A stretch of 64,000 nucleotides of DNA from Candidatus Binatia bacterium (GCA_963664015.2 CAXXLF010000002.1:2016001-2080000); one strand, 5' to 3'; shown: positions 1-10,273, counted from the stretch's first letter. Notes: generated by a model from the letters alone, not told the origin. Numbers and translations: made by a program.

Positions 1-1
1 C

Positions 2-505
2 ACCTGGGAGCTTCAGGCGATCCCTTACACATCCACGGCAACGGTGAGTTTGGCCTATCGGTGCTCGGACATCCCCAAGGCCCTGGACGCTTTTGGCTTT
101 ATCGTTCCGGCTCGGGAGCGGCGTAAGATCATCGCCTGCACCTTTAGCAGTATTAAGTATCCAGGTCGCGCGCCGGAAGGATATGAGTTGTTGCGAGCCT
201 TTGTCGGTGGTGCACTCGCGCCTTCTCTCTTTGAACAGGATGACCATGCCATGGAGCATTGTGTGCGGGAGGAGTTGGCCTCGCTTCTCGGGATCGAAGC
301 CGCCCCGGTTCTATGTAGGGTCTATCGTCACCCGCGCTCTATGCCTCAGTATCATATCGGACATCTCGATCGTGTTCAAAGAATCAAGGGGCACTTAACC
401 CCGCTAAGGGGTCTTCGGCTGGCAGGCAATGCCTATGGAGGTGTCGGGATCGCCGATTGTGTCCGTAGCGGTGAAGAGGCGGCGGAAGTGCTGCTTGCGT
501 CCTGA
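2..505 (+). CDS. hemY: Protoporphyrinogen/coproporphyrinogen oxidase (HemG/HemY), C-terminal part; 5' end lies outside the window
   Basis: Frame is open from base 2. Motifs FGFIVP, ACTFSSIKYPGRAP, SMPQYHIGH and LAGNAYGGVGIADCVRSG are typical of the HemY C-terminus. Confidence 0.9.
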   Translation, partial: TWELQAIPYTSTATVSLAYRCSDIPKALDAFGFIVPARERRKIIACTFSSIKYPGRAPEGYELLRAFVGGALAPSLFEQDDHAMEHCVREELASLLGIEAAPVLCRVYRHPRSMPQYHIGHLDRVQRIKGHLTPLRGLRLAGNAYGGVGIADCVRSGEEAAEVLLAS

Positions 506-1000
506 GGCCCGGGGCAAGGCGCATAGCGCATGGGGCAAAGCGTTAAGGGGAAAAAGAAGTCTCGCGCAAAGGCGCCCTTGGCGCCAAGTTCGGAGAAGAT
601 ATGTTAGCCGCAGATTTACGCAGAGGCGTAATAGCAAAGGACATAGCGCAGAGCGTTAATATGGGACTACTGACTACAGGACTACGAACAGACAGAGATA
701 GGGACAGATGACAGAGATCTCATCCTGAGGCTGATCATCCTTTGGCTGAAGAGGTCGGAGGTCAGCCAAGAAGAAAACAAAGCGCATAGCGAAATTAGCT
801 ATCAGCGAATCAGTACTGAGTGAGGAGTGCTGAGTACTGAGTTTTTGGAAAGTGTTAAGTGGCGAGTCTATAGGGGGCGAGAAACCAGCTGTCAGTTTTC
901 AGATCCGGGCTTTTCCCTGCATGCTGCAAACTGCTTGCTGTCTTTCTCCTGTCCTGAAGTCCGTAATCTCTTTGCGCCTCGTCTTCTGCTTGCGCCAGCC
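506..1000. repeat. Intergenic cluster of degenerate 7-mer/9-mer periodic repeats and palindromic mini-elements
   Basis: GCATAGC/GCAAAGC, GGACTAC/TGACTAC, GACAGAG, GAGGTCG/GAGGTCA and GTACTGA/GTGCTGA runs; CTCGCGCAAAGGCGCC 9-mer module; 31-bp element at 720-750. Confidence 0.7.
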
Positions 1001-1002
1001 TG

Positions 1003-1401
1003 CTAGTTACTTAAATGGGGTTCGTAAAGGACCTGAATAACGATCCCGTCGGGATCCGCACAATAGAAAGAAGCGCTGCCGTCTCGATGGTTCTTGAAGG
1101 GCTTGACGATGGTCACCCCCCGCGTGCGAAATCCCTGTTCCAGCTCCTTGACCCTTTCGATGCTGTCTATGATAAAACCCAGGTGATCCAGGGTCTGGGA
1201 TTCATGGGTTAACTCGGCCCCCGATGGTTGTTCATGTAGCGCCAGGTTATCCGATCCGGAAGAAAGATACACGCTCTGTTCGTCCGGTTCCCAGACCACA
1301 TGCATCCCGAACATCTCCTGGTAGAAGGCCTTGGAGCGTTTGAGGCCCTTGACCTTTAGCGCTAGATGATGCATCCCCTTTAATCCTTTAACTAGGCTCA
1401 T
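1003..1401 (-). CDS. VOC/glyoxalase family protein
   Basis: MHHLALKV...SKAFY, LDHLGF and SFYCADPDGIVIQV motifs. Confidence 0.88.
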   Translation of the reverse strand: MSLVKGLKGMHHLALKVKGLKRSKAFYQEMFGMHVVWEPDEQSVYLSSGSDNLALHEQPSGAELTHESQTLDHLGFIIDSIERVKELEQGFRTRGVTIVKPFKNHRDGSASFYCADPDGIVIQVLYEPHLSN

Positions 1402-1403
1402 AG

Positions 1404-1550
1404 TGAGATCCTTATCGAAAAAATGTGTAACAAAACAACTTTAGGAAATTGTTTTGCGCCAAAGCCGAAAAATTTTTCATTATCTTCAAGCTTAGCGTCC
1501 TTTGCCCCTTTGCGCGGGATCTTTCTTATCCGATTTCTTTTTTCCGATTG
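1404..1550 (-). repeat. Dispersed composite repeat, copy A (~60-bp module plus 9-mer palindromic arm)
   Basis: Similar to 23505-23562, 43412-43470 and 57510-57726 on manual alignment. Confidence 0.7.
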
Positions 1551-1725
1551 GCTAACCCAAGTTTTGCCCGATATCTCAATTATCTTTTCTGTTAATGTTA
1601 GAAAAGGGGATAAGGTACCCGTAAGCGGACCAGAGTGGGAATATTTTAAGGATACCACTGCCAAGGATAGGCGTCTAGGGTCTTTCAATGTTCGTCAGGG
1701 TTTTAGGCGGTGCAACCACTTTAAG

Positions 1726-2958
1726 TCATTGCCCTTTCGTGGTTTCCGTCACCCCTACGTCTATTTGAGTTGAAGGCACTTGTAGACCCGATCCAGGCGG
1801 CGCCAGAAGGCGGTACCACAATCGAGTTCCAGTAGCGATGAGAAGGAAGAAAGCACCCGTCGTTAATAGGCCGAAACGGAACCCTCCGAGTTCCACAAGC
1901 CACCCGACAGTGAGGGGGGTGACTATATAGGCAAAGTTCCACCCCAGTCCCATACTGGCCATGGCCGCCGAACGGTTGCTGGATGTACTCAGGTCTGTTG
2001 CTTGAACCTGGTACCAAACGTCCATCAATCCGCCGCCGATCCCCAAGCCCGCAATACAGAGCGCCAGTAAGACGAGTTGGCTTAGGGAACCCGTACCCAG
2101 TAGAAACAGTCCCAGGATCGTGAGTCCCACGGCATAGAACACGGCCTGGCGAGACGGTGTGATGAAAGAGGCAATGAGCAAGCCATTGATTATGGGACCC
2201 AATCCTCGCATCGAAAGAGTAACCCCGATCCATTCCTCACCATGGCCCAATTGGGCGAGGTAAACGGGGTAGATGGACAGGCAGAGGGCCGGGGTCAAAC
2301 CCGCAGCAAAGGACGCCGATATGACGAGCCACGTTCTGCGGTAACAGAGAAAGGTTCCAATGCCAACAAGGTTCTTCCATACGGAGCGCCCGCGCGGTTT
2401 TTCCTCTACAGGGGGCAAAAAGAATCCGAGGATACTAGCCCCGAGGGTCGTCACCGCCAGGACCTGGAAGGCGCCCGAGTAACCCAGGAGGGCCACCAGG
2501 GCCCCGCCGGTTGCCATCCCCGTCATACTCCCTGCCGCATTGCACGCGGAGAGCTGTCCCAGACTCTTTCCTGCGGTCGCCCCGGGTATTTGACTCGCCA
2601 TGGATTGGGCCGGGGTCCAGAAGAAACTCCGCGACATATTGGACACGGTCACGGCCACGAGCAAGGAGACCAACCCGTCGGCCTGAAGCAAAACGATCGC
2701 CGAGACGGTGTTGAGCAGATAACAGCTCTGGAGAATCCTTCGCTCGCCGAAGCGGTCGGACAGGGCACCTCCCATGAAGCGGACTCCTAGCGTGGCCAGC
2801 ACCGGGATGGCGACGACGGCTGCGATTCTGAGGATGGAAAACCCCAAGGAGAGTGCGTACAGGGGGATCATCACATGGGTCATCCCGATGGACACGTTCC
2901 AGAAGGCGGCGCTGCCGAAAAGAACCAGGCGGATAGAAGAAGGTTTTTCGAATTTCAT
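1726..2958 (-). CDS. MFS transporter
   Basis: 410 aa with about 12 hydrophobic segments; MFS motif A GALSDRFGERR. Confidence 0.9.
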   Translation of the reverse strand: MKFEKPSSIRLVLFGSAAFWNVSIGMTHVMIPLYALSLGFSILRIAAVVAIPVLATLGVRFMGGALSDRFGERRILQSCYLLNTVSAIVLLQADGLVSLLVAVTVSNMSRSFFWTPAQSMASQIPGATAGKSLGQLSACNAAGSMTGMATGGALVALLGYSGAFQVLAVTTLGASILGFFLPPVEEKPRGRSVWKNLVGIGTFLCYRRTWLVISASFAAGLTPALCLSIYPVYLAQLGHGEEWIGVTLSMRGLGPIINGLLIASFITPSRQAVFYAVGLTILGLFLLGTGSLSQLVLLALCIAGLGIGGGLMDVWYQVQATDLSTSSNRSAAMASMGLGWNFAYIVTPLTVGWLVELGGFRFGLLTTGAFFLLIATGTRLWYRLLAPPGSGLQVPSTQIDVGVTETTKGQ

Positions 2959-3133
2959 ATTCCTTGGGCCGCAGCACTAGACATCCCGGTCAAGACTGCC
3001 TGGGCCCACATCCTAAATTATAATAGGTTAAAGATGTTGAGGTCGTGAGCGAATAGTTCCGGCAAACGGGAAAGAAAACCATGCGACGCTATCAATTATG
3101 GGCTCCGATAGCAAGACGCCCGTAGAGCTATCT

Positions 3134-4069
3134 TCAGACCCCTCCCAGTCGTTCGTAAAGGAGCCCGTAACGGATTCCCTGATCGCTAAGGGTGACCCGG
3201 GTCTGCTGAAAGTGGTCCATAATCCTATCGACGAGCACGGCCCCGGCCAGAATAACGTCGGCTCTCTTGGGTTCCAAGCCAGGAATCGCTTTACGTTCCT
3301 CGAGGGTCAGTCCCTTGTAGAGCTGGATCTGCCGTTGGACCTCGGCCCGCTCCAGATCATATCCGTGGATCTGTTCGGAGCGGTATTCGAGCAGCGCTTT
3401 TTTAACGGCTCCGAAGGTCGTGAAGGTCCCCGCAACGCCCACCATCGTGTCGAAAGCGGCCTCAGTGCACCAGTCCCGGAAGGTGCGGCCCAGTTCTTGA
3501 TCAATTGCTTTCACCAGTTGGTTGGTTTCGTTTTCTTGCGACGGATCGGTGTGGAGAAAGCGCTCTGTCAGTCTGACCGTACCCACGGGTAGGCTCACCC
3601 ACCGATAGAGTTCACCTTGCCTGCCCCAGATAAACTCAGTGCTTCCGCCACCAACGTCGACCACAAGTAGATCCCTTACCTGCAGGCTCAGCCCCATGCC
3701 AACGGCCTGATAGGAAAGTTGGGCTTCCTCTTGAGAAGTTAATACGCGAAGCTCCAGACCCAGCTCTTGCTGGACACGGTCGATAAAATCCCGCGCATTT
3801 TTCGCTTCCCGCAGGGCACTGGTGCCTGCGACTTTGATCTCTCTGACGCCAAGCTCCTTGCACCTTTCCGAATAGCCCCCAAGCACGTCCAGGGTCCGTT
3901 GCTGCGCCTGTGGTGTTAGGCGGCCTCTATGGCCCACGCTTTCTCCCAAACGGGTAATCTGGGCGTGGTCTTCCAGAACGCGATGAACTCGGTTGCCTAA
4001 AATTTCAGTAACGAGGAGGAGGACGGTGTTGGAGCCAACATCAATGGTGGCCAGGCGCCACGCATCCAT
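3134..4069 (-). CDS. ppx: Ppx/GppA family exopolyphosphatase (short form)
   Basis: ATIDVGSNTV, GTSALREAKN, EEAQLSY, DVGGGSTE, RADVILAG and GIRYG motifs. Confidence 0.9.
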   Translation of the reverse strand: MDAWRLATIDVGSNTVLLLVTEILGNRVHRVLEDHAQITRLGESVGHRGRLTPQAQQRTLDVLGGYSERCKELGVREIKVAGTSALREAKNARDFIDRVQQELGLELRVLTSQEEAQLSYQAVGMGLSLQVRDLLVVDVGGGSTEFIWGRQGELYRWVSLPVGTVRLTERFLHTDPSQENETNQLVKAIDQELGRTFRDWCTEAAFDTMVGVAGTFTTFGAVKKALLEYRSEQIHGYDLERAEVQRQIQLYKGLTLEERKAIPGLEPKRADVILAGAVLVDRIMDHFQQTRVTLSDQGIRYGLLYERLGGV

Positions 4070-4071
4070 CG

Positions 4072-5409
4072 CTACGCCAGCCCGGCCTGTCTGGGGGCTG
4101 GCACCCCCAAGACCGTGGACTTCCAGACTTCGAGATCCTTCAAGGCGCGCTCGGACATCAACTCCTTCTTAACCTTGCCCCGGGCAGGACTGGACAGTTG
4201 GGGGAGAATCCCGAAGTTGGAATTCATGGGTTGAAAGTTCTTACGGGAGTCATCGGAAACGTATCGCAGGAGAGAGCCCAAGGCCGTAGTGGCAGGGGGG
4301 ACGACCGGTGCCATTCCCAAAACTAACCTGGCGCCGTTCAACCCTGCGAGCAACCCTGTAGCGGCCGATTCAATGTAGCCCTCCACACCGGTGATTTGGC
4401 CGGCAAAAAAACAGTCGGACCGGTGCTTCCATTGAAGGGTGGGATGGAGATGGCGCGGTGAGTCGATGAAGGTATTTCGATGCAGGCTGCCGAGACGTAC
4501 GAACTCGGCCCCTCCAAGTCCTGGGATCCTGGAAAAAACCCGTTTCTGCTCCGGATAGGTCATTTTGGTCTGGAAACCGACCATGTTATAAAGCGTTTGT
4601 TCCCGATTCTCCTGCCTCAGTTGGATTACGGCAAAGGGTCGCTTCCCTGTACGCGGATCCATGAGCCCCGTGGGTTTCATGGGACCGAAGGCAAGGGAAT
4701 CGTGTCCTCTACGGGCAATCTCTTCAATGGGTTGGCATCCCTCGAAAACAATGAAGCGTTCAAAGCTTCGAGTGGGTATTTTGTCTGCGTTTAGGATGCA
4801 ATCCACCAGGTCGTAGTATTCTTCACGGTTGAGCGGTAAGTTCAGGTAGTCTCCCGTGCCGCTGTCGTAACGGGATGCCCTGAAGGCCACGTCCATATCG
4901 ATAGATTCGGCCGTTACGATGGGCGAAATCGCATCATAAAAATAAAGATGCTGGGATCCCAGGAGACTACTCAAGTGGGCCGAAAGGCTGGGTGAAGTAA
5001 GGGGTCCTGTCGCCAAGATGACAGGACCCGGTGGAACGGTTTCGACTTCCTCCCGAATGACCCGTACTTGCGGTAAGCGACTTAGCTCATCAGTGACGGC
5101 GGCGGCAAACTGGTCTCGGTCCACGGCCAAGGCGGAACCCGCCGGTACCCGATTCTCCTCGCCGATACGGATGATCAGTGAACCGAGACGGCGCATCTCC
5201 TCCTTCAAGAGTCCGGCGCCGGTGGTCAAGGAGAGGGAACGAAAAGAGTTGCTGCAGACGAGTTCGGCCAGAGAGTCGGAGGCATGGGCCTCGGTCTTTT
5301 TCTGGGGGCGCATCTCGTAGAGGTCCACGGACACGCCTCGTTGGGCCAGTTGCCAGGCCGCTTCTGAACCGGCTAAGCCCCCACCGATGATTTGCACCCG
5401 CGGTTCCAA
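4072..5409 (-). CDS. trmFO: Methylenetetrahydrofolate-tRNA-(uracil-5)-methyltransferase TrmFO
   Basis: IIGGGLAGSEAAWQLA, AELVCSNS, FYDAISP, HRNTF, AGQITGVEGY and FQPMNSNFG; follows topA as usual. Confidence 0.97.
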   Translation of the reverse strand: MEPRVQIIGGGLAGSEAAWQLAQRGVSVDLYEMRPQKKTEAHASDSLAELVCSNSFRSLSLTTGAGLLKEEMRRLGSLIIRIGEENRVPAGSALAVDRDQFAAAVTDELSRLPQVRVIREEVETVPPGPVILATGPLTSPSLSAHLSSLLGSQHLYFYDAISPIVTAESIDMDVAFRASRYDSGTGDYLNLPLNREEYYDLVDCILNADKIPTRSFERFIVFEGCQPIEEIARRGHDSLAFGPMKPTGLMDPRTGKRPFAVIQLRQENREQTLYNMVGFQTKMTYPEQKRVFSRIPGLGGAEFVRLGSLHRNTFIDSPRHLHPTLQWKHRSDCFFAGQITGVEGYIESAATGLLAGLNGARLVLGMAPVVPPATTALGSLLRYVSDDSRKNFQPMNSNFGILPQLSSPARGKVKKELMSERALKDLEVWKSTVLGVPAPRQAGLA

Positions 5410-5412
5410 GGG

Positions 5413-7686
5413 TCAATCCTCGACGGCCTGGATCGAATAATCACACTCTTCCTTACGGCAACGGTGGACCTTACCGACCTTCTTGGTAACTTTCTCGAGG
5501 AGAATGGGTTCGGAGCACTTGGGACATGGCTTCCCCACAGGCTTCTCCCACGATGCACAATGGCAATCGGGATAACGATCGCATGCGTAAAATATCTTTC
5601 CGCGCCGAGACTTTTTTTCCTGGAGGTTCCCTTCCTTACAATCGGGACATTTGATGTCCAGCGCGGTGGGCTTTACCAGCGGGCGCAAATTCTTGCACTC
5701 GGGATAGCCGCTGCAGCCCAAGAATCGGCCGTATTTACCCCAACGGATTTTCAGAGGGCGCCCGCACTTCTCGCAGATCTCGCCCGTCTTTTCGTCTTCC
5801 ACTGTGATTTTTCCCCGCTCACCGCGGGTAAAGTTCTTGGTGTTCTTACATTCGGGATAGCTGGGGCAGGCGAGGAATTCGCCGTTGCGGCCCCATTTGA
5901 TGACCATCATGGCATTGCATTTCTCGCAGGCGATCTCCGTGGGGGTCTCTTCGCGCTTGACGTCCCGCATCTCGGTCTCGGCCTTTACCAGGTCCTTCTT
6001 GAAGGACTTGTAAAAGCGCTTCATGGCCTTGGTCCAGTCTTCCTTCCCCGCTTCGATCTTATCTAAGATAACTTCCATCCCTGCCGTGAACTCTACATTG
6101 AGAATGTCGGAAAAACTTTCTACCAAGAGATCGGTGATGAGCATCCCCAGTTCCGATGGGATTAGGGTTCTTCGCTCGTCCTGGGAAACATACTCTCGGC
6201 TCAAAATATTGGAAACGATTGTGGCGTAGGTCGAGGGACGCCCGATTCCCTTTTCATCCAGTTCCTTGATCAGGGTTGCCTGGGAAAAACGGGGTGGTGG
6301 CTGGGTAAAGTGTTGGCCGGGTTCGAGGGAGTGCAGCTTAAGTGGGTCGCCGGCCTTGAGATCGGGAAGCGTGGCCTCCTTCTCTTCCTCCTCATCGTCT
6401 TTCCCTTCGCTGTACACCTTCATGAATCCATCGAACTTGAGCTGCTGGCCATTAGCCCGAAAAACACTCTCGCCGACATGAATATCGAATGCCGTCTGAT
6501 CGAAGATAGCGGCCAACATTTGACTGGCGACGAAGCGATCCCAGATCAGTTTGTAAAGCGCATAGACCTCCCGGGGTAGAAAACTGCGCACCCGATCCGG
6601 GGGATAGTCCATGGAGGTCGGACGAATTGCCTCGTGAGCGTCCTGAGCGCCTTTCTTAGAACGGTACTGGACCGGTTTTTCCGGTAAATAGTTTTTCCCG
6701 TATTGTTTCTGAATTAATCGGCGCACGTCCTGGACGGCATCGGGAGAGATGCGGGTAGAGTCGGTTCGCATATAGGTAATCAAACCGACGGCCCCTTCTG
6801 TCCCCAACTCGACTCCTTCGTAGAGCTTTTGCGCGTTTTGCATCGTACGCCGGGGTTGGAATCCCAACTTCCGGGAGGCCTCCTGCTGGAGTTTACTGGT
6901 AATGAACGGTGGAGTGGGAAAGCGGCGGCGTTCTTTTTTTTCCACCTTCTGGATCGCCCAGGGTAAATTCTGCACCGCCTGAGCGATCTCGCTAACCTGC
7001 GATTCGTTCTCGATACGAACCTTTTTGTTGTCGATCTTGTTCCCCTGCCACTGGAGGAGTTTTGCCTCGAATTGGTCGCCCACATCACCCTGCAACAGAG
7101 CGGTGAGAGACCAGTACTCCACAGCCACGAAGGCGCGAATCTCTTTTTCCCGTTCACAGACCAGTCTCAGGGCCACCGATTGGACCCGACCCGCGCTGAG
7201 CCCACGGCGCACTTTCTTCCACAGGATGGGGCTGATTTGGTAGCCCACCAACCGGTCCAGGACACGCCGAGCGATTTGCGCTTCGAATTTTTTACGGTCC
7301 AGTTTCTGAGGGTGGGCAATGGCCTCTTGCACTGCCTTACGAGTGATCTCATTGATCAAGAGACGATGGATTTGGCTGCCGTTCTGGCCCAATTGATCGG
7401 CGAGGTGCCAGGCGATGGCCTCACCTTCGCGATCTGGATCGGAGGCCAGGTAAATATTTTCCTTACCTTTGGAGCTCCGTTTGAGCTCGTCGATGATTTT
7501 CTTTTTCCCCTTGATGACGTGGAAGTCGGGAGTAAAGCTGCCTTCGATGTCGACTCCCAGCTTACTCTTCGGTAGGTCCATAATATGGCCGACCGATGCC
7601 TTGACCGTATAATTTCGGCCCAGGTATTTCTCCAGAGTTTTGGCCTTGGCCGGCGACTCAACGATGACTAGATTTTTTGCTGCCAT
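5413..7686 (-). CDS. topA: DNA topoisomerase I
   Basis: LVIVESPAKAKT, DPDREGEAIAWH, SAGRVQS, LITYMRTDS, GIGRPSTY and C-terminal zinc ribbons. Confidence 0.98.
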   Translation of the reverse strand: MAAKNLVIVESPAKAKTLEKYLGRNYTVKASVGHIMDLPKSKLGVDIEGSFTPDFHVIKGKKKIIDELKRSSKGKENIYLASDPDREGEAIAWHLADQLGQNGSQIHRLLINEITRKAVQEAIAHPQKLDRKKFEAQIARRVLDRLVGYQISPILWKKVRRGLSAGRVQSVALRLVCEREKEIRAFVAVEYWSLTALLQGDVGDQFEAKLLQWQGNKIDNKKVRIENESQVSEIAQAVQNLPWAIQKVEKKERRRFPTPPFITSKLQQEASRKLGFQPRRTMQNAQKLYEGVELGTEGAVGLITYMRTDSTRISPDAVQDVRRLIQKQYGKNYLPEKPVQYRSKKGAQDAHEAIRPTSMDYPPDRVRSFLPREVYALYKLIWDRFVASQMLAAIFDQTAFDIHVGESVFRANGQQLKFDGFMKVYSEGKDDEEEEKEATLPDLKAGDPLKLHSLEPGQHFTQPPPRFSQATLIKELDEKGIGRPSTYATIVSNILSREYVSQDERRTLIPSELGMLITDLLVESFSDILNVEFTAGMEVILDKIEAGKEDWTKAMKRFYKSFKKDLVKAETEMRDVKREETPTEIACEKCNAMMVIKWGRNGEFLACPSYPECKNTKNFTRGERGKITVEDEKTGEICEKCGRPLKIRWGKYGRFLGCSGYPECKNLRPLVKPTALDIKCPDCKEGNLQEKKSRRGKIFYACDRYPDCHCASWEKPVGKPCPKCSEPILLEKVTKKVGKVHRCRKEECDYSIQAVED

Positions 7687-7726
7687 AAAGAGTTTTTACC
7701 TTTGTTCTATGACGGGTCAGGTCCCA

Positions 7727-8215
7727 CTAGTGTACAATAAACCTTTTGCCAGGCAACTGTCTAAGCATTCCTTTAAGCTCCAGATCCTAAAGGATCTCTG
7801 ATACCTGGGCGGAAGATAACCCCGTGGCCTCGATCACCTCGTCTATCTGGAGAGGGGATTGCTTGACCAGTTCGAAAACCGTCTTTGCTTCCGGTCTGGC
7901 ATCCGGAGCGAGAGCCGGGGGGGAGTTTTCATGGTCGTAGGAAATCATGGTGGCCCCAAGCTCGGCGAGCTGGTCCATCTCGGTTCTCATCCGATCCCAA
8001 TCGGAAAAACTTCGCAGCCCCTCGATCACCCGGGCTTCGAGACCGGGAATCCGGGCAAGGTCTTCGTCGGGTATGCTAAAAACTCTCCGTGGATTCCCCA
8101 AATGATCGACGATTCTCTTGAAACTTACGCATCCCAACCCTTTGACGTGCTTGAGCGCCAGCCAGGGAAGATTTTTCCCCTCATCGGAAGTTAGTGCCGG
8201 CAATTCTCTTTGCAT
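7727..8215 (-). pseudogene. dprA: DNA-processing protein DprA remnant (core domain deleted, premature stop)
   Basis: N-terminal WLALKHVKGLG...ISYDHENSPPAL is fused directly to the C-terminal winged helix (LQIDEVIEATGLSSAQVSEIL*DLELKGMLRQLPGKRF). In-frame TAG at 7787-7789; canonical position upstream of topA. Confidence 0.85.
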
Positions 8216-8352
8216 CCCATCCCTGCAACCATGTTAACCCTTCGTAGTTTTACCCAATACCTGGAATTTTGATCTTAGCTGCTTATCAGAGTCGCTGCAA
8301 AAGGGAAAGTCCCCACCATATCCGATTCCAAGTGCTCTTCTCGATGACGCTT

Positions 8353-8844
8353 TTACGTCATTACACTTAATAAGTTGCTTTTTTCCATCTCCAGCAGCTT
8401 TCGTTTCAACTGGAGCCCAAGGGCGTAGCCTCCCAGGGTGCCATCGCTACAAACCACTCGATGACAGGGAATGAGAATAGGCACGGGATTACGGGCCAGC
8501 GCGTTGCCAACGGCCCGTGTCGCCCTGGGCCTTCCGATGCGCTTGGCGATCCAGCGATAACTTCTCACCTCGCCGTAGGGGATCTGACTGGCCGCCCGGA
8601 GTACAGCGTGGGTAAAAGGGGTCAGGCCCCGAAGATCGTAGGGTATGGAAAATGAACGGACACGGCCGCGCAGATAATCACCCAGTTCCTTCTCGCCTCT
8701 GGCCTTCCATTGCCGTGCAAGGGGATGACCCGGGTCTTGCCTTTCTTGCCAGCCATCTCCTTTGTGAATTCGGCGCACGCCTATGAGGCCGTCTTGGGTT
8801 CCAGAAACAAACATCCGTGGGGTCTCTTGTCCCTTGGATTTCAT
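8353..8844 (-). CDS. ogt: Methylated-DNA--protein-cysteine methyltransferase
   Basis: IPYGEVRSY, RAVGNALARNP, IPCHRV active-site motif, GGYALG. Confidence 0.92.
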   Translation of the reverse strand: MKSKGQETPRMFVSGTQDGLIGVRRIHKGDGWQERQDPGHPLARQWKARGEKELGDYLRGRVRSFSIPYDLRGLTPFTHAVLRAASQIPYGEVRSYRWIAKRIGRPRATRAVGNALARNPVPILIPCHRVVCSDGTLGGYALGLQLKRKLLEMEKSNLLSVMT

Positions 8845-8846
8845 TT

Positions 8847-10262
8847 TTATTTTCCCTTTCTACTTTCTCGCCGGTTCTTAAATTGGGTTCGAATGGGAGA
8901 ATTCTCAAGACCCAGAGACTCGCGCAGCTGATGGATGAGATACCGCTCGTAATGAACCGGGACACCGCTGGCAGAATTAACAAAAAGAGTAAAGGTCGGC
9001 GGACAAATACCGGTCTGCGTGGCGTAGTAAAACTTGACCTCCCGGCCGCGATAGGAGGGGGGAGGGTGCCGCCGTACGATCTCACCCAGCATTTGATTCA
9101 GTGCTGAAGTCCGGACCCAGCGCTGTTGGGCTGATGCGACCCGCTTGACTGCATCCATCAGAATGGGCAAGCCGTGTCCGGTCAAAGCTGAAGTGCTTAC
9201 GAAAGGGGCAAAGTCCAAGAAGGCGGGCTTGTCCGAGTCCGTCTCCCCAAGGGTTAGTGCCGACTTGGCTTCTTCGGATAGTAGGTCCCATTTGTTTACG
9301 GCCACCACCAACCCCTTGCCACGCTCCACCGCATAGGACATGATGTGGGCGTCCTGGGTCGTAATACCCTCAGGGCCGTCTAACAGGTGAACAATCACAT
9401 CGCCCCGGTCCACAGACCGTAGTGATCGAAGCACGCTCGTTCGCTCGACACGGTCGATGATCCTTGCCTTGCGTCTGATTCCCGCCGTGTCCACCAGCGT
9501 ATAGTGGTCGCTACCCCAGGTGAAAGGACTGTCCAGGGCATCGCGAGTCGTTCCCGGTTGGTCATCTACCACGGCTCGGTGGACGCCCAGCAACCGATTG
9601 ACCAGAGTCGACTTTCCCACGTTGGGCCGTCCCACGACGGCCAGGCGCAGTGTCGTGGAATCTGCCCCATCGGTTCCCCGTTGCTCATCCAGGTTGGAGA
9701 GGGCTCCCATTGTCCGATCCATTAACTCGCCGAGACCGATACCATGTTCTGCGGAAACGGGGAAGAGCTCAGCCAAGCCCAAATTGAAAAAATCGTAAAG
9801 AAGGGGTTCCTTTGTTTTGGTGTCGATCTTGTTGACGGCAAAGAAAACCGGTTTTTTGACCTGTCTGAGCAACTTCACGGCTTCCCAATCCAGCGGATTC
9901 AAACCTGCCCGGCCATCAAAAAGGAACACAATGACATCGGCTTCGTCAATGGCTAGACGGCTCTGCTCCTGAATTTGTTTTTTCAGGTCCGTGTCCGGAT
10001 CCGATTCAAAACCCCCGGTATCGATCAAGAGAAAACTCTTGCCGTGCCAGTTGGCCTCCCCGTAATTGCGGTCCCGCGTTACTCCCGGCAGGTTGTGCAC
10101 GATGGCGTTCTTTCCTCCCGTAAGGCGGTTGAATAGGGTGGACTTTCCCACATTGGGTCTTCCCACGATAGCCACGAGCCCCAAGGTTCGTCCTGGTGAT
10201 GTCTCCTCAACGTGAGCTGCCATGGTGTTTGGTATCGAGTCCTTAATCATCCGGGTCGCCAT
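8847..10262 (-). CDS. der: Ribosome biogenesis GTPase Der (EngA)
   Basis: Two GTPase domains (GRPNVGKST twice, DTGG/DTAG, NKID/NKWD) plus KH-like C-terminus. Confidence 0.97.
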   Translation of the reverse strand: MATRMIKDSIPNTMAAHVEETSPGRTLGLVAIVGRPNVGKSTLFNRLTGGKNAIVHNLPGVTRDRNYGEANWHGKSFLLIDTGGFESDPDTDLKKQIQEQSRLAIDEADVIVFLFDGRAGLNPLDWEAVKLLRQVKKPVFFAVNKIDTKTKEPLLYDFFNLGLAELFPVSAEHGIGLGELMDRTMGALSNLDEQRGTDGADSTTLRLAVVGRPNVGKSTLVNRLLGVHRAVVDDQPGTTRDALDSPFTWGSDHYTLVDTAGIRRKARIIDRVERTSVLRSLRSVDRGDVIVHLLDGPEGITTQDAHIMSYAVERGKGLVVAVNKWDLLSEEAKSALTLGETDSDKPAFLDFAPFVSTSALTGHGLPILMDAVKRVASAQQRWVRTSALNQMLGEIVRRHPPPSYRGREVKFYYATQTGICPPTFTLFVNSASGVPVHYERYLIHQLRESLGLENSPIRTQFKNRRESRKGK

Positions 10263-10273
10263 AGGTGGGTGCC

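Noticed and set aside
506-1000. CRISPR array in the repeat-rich intergenic region
   Set aside because: Repeats are degenerate 7-9-mers without constant 23-47 bp repeats, unique spacers or cas genes.
1398-1773. ORFs 1398-1688 and 1423-1773 (also 12141-12504 and 43061-43601) as real genes
   Set aside because: They are translations across repeat elements or antisense to real genes, with no protein motifs.
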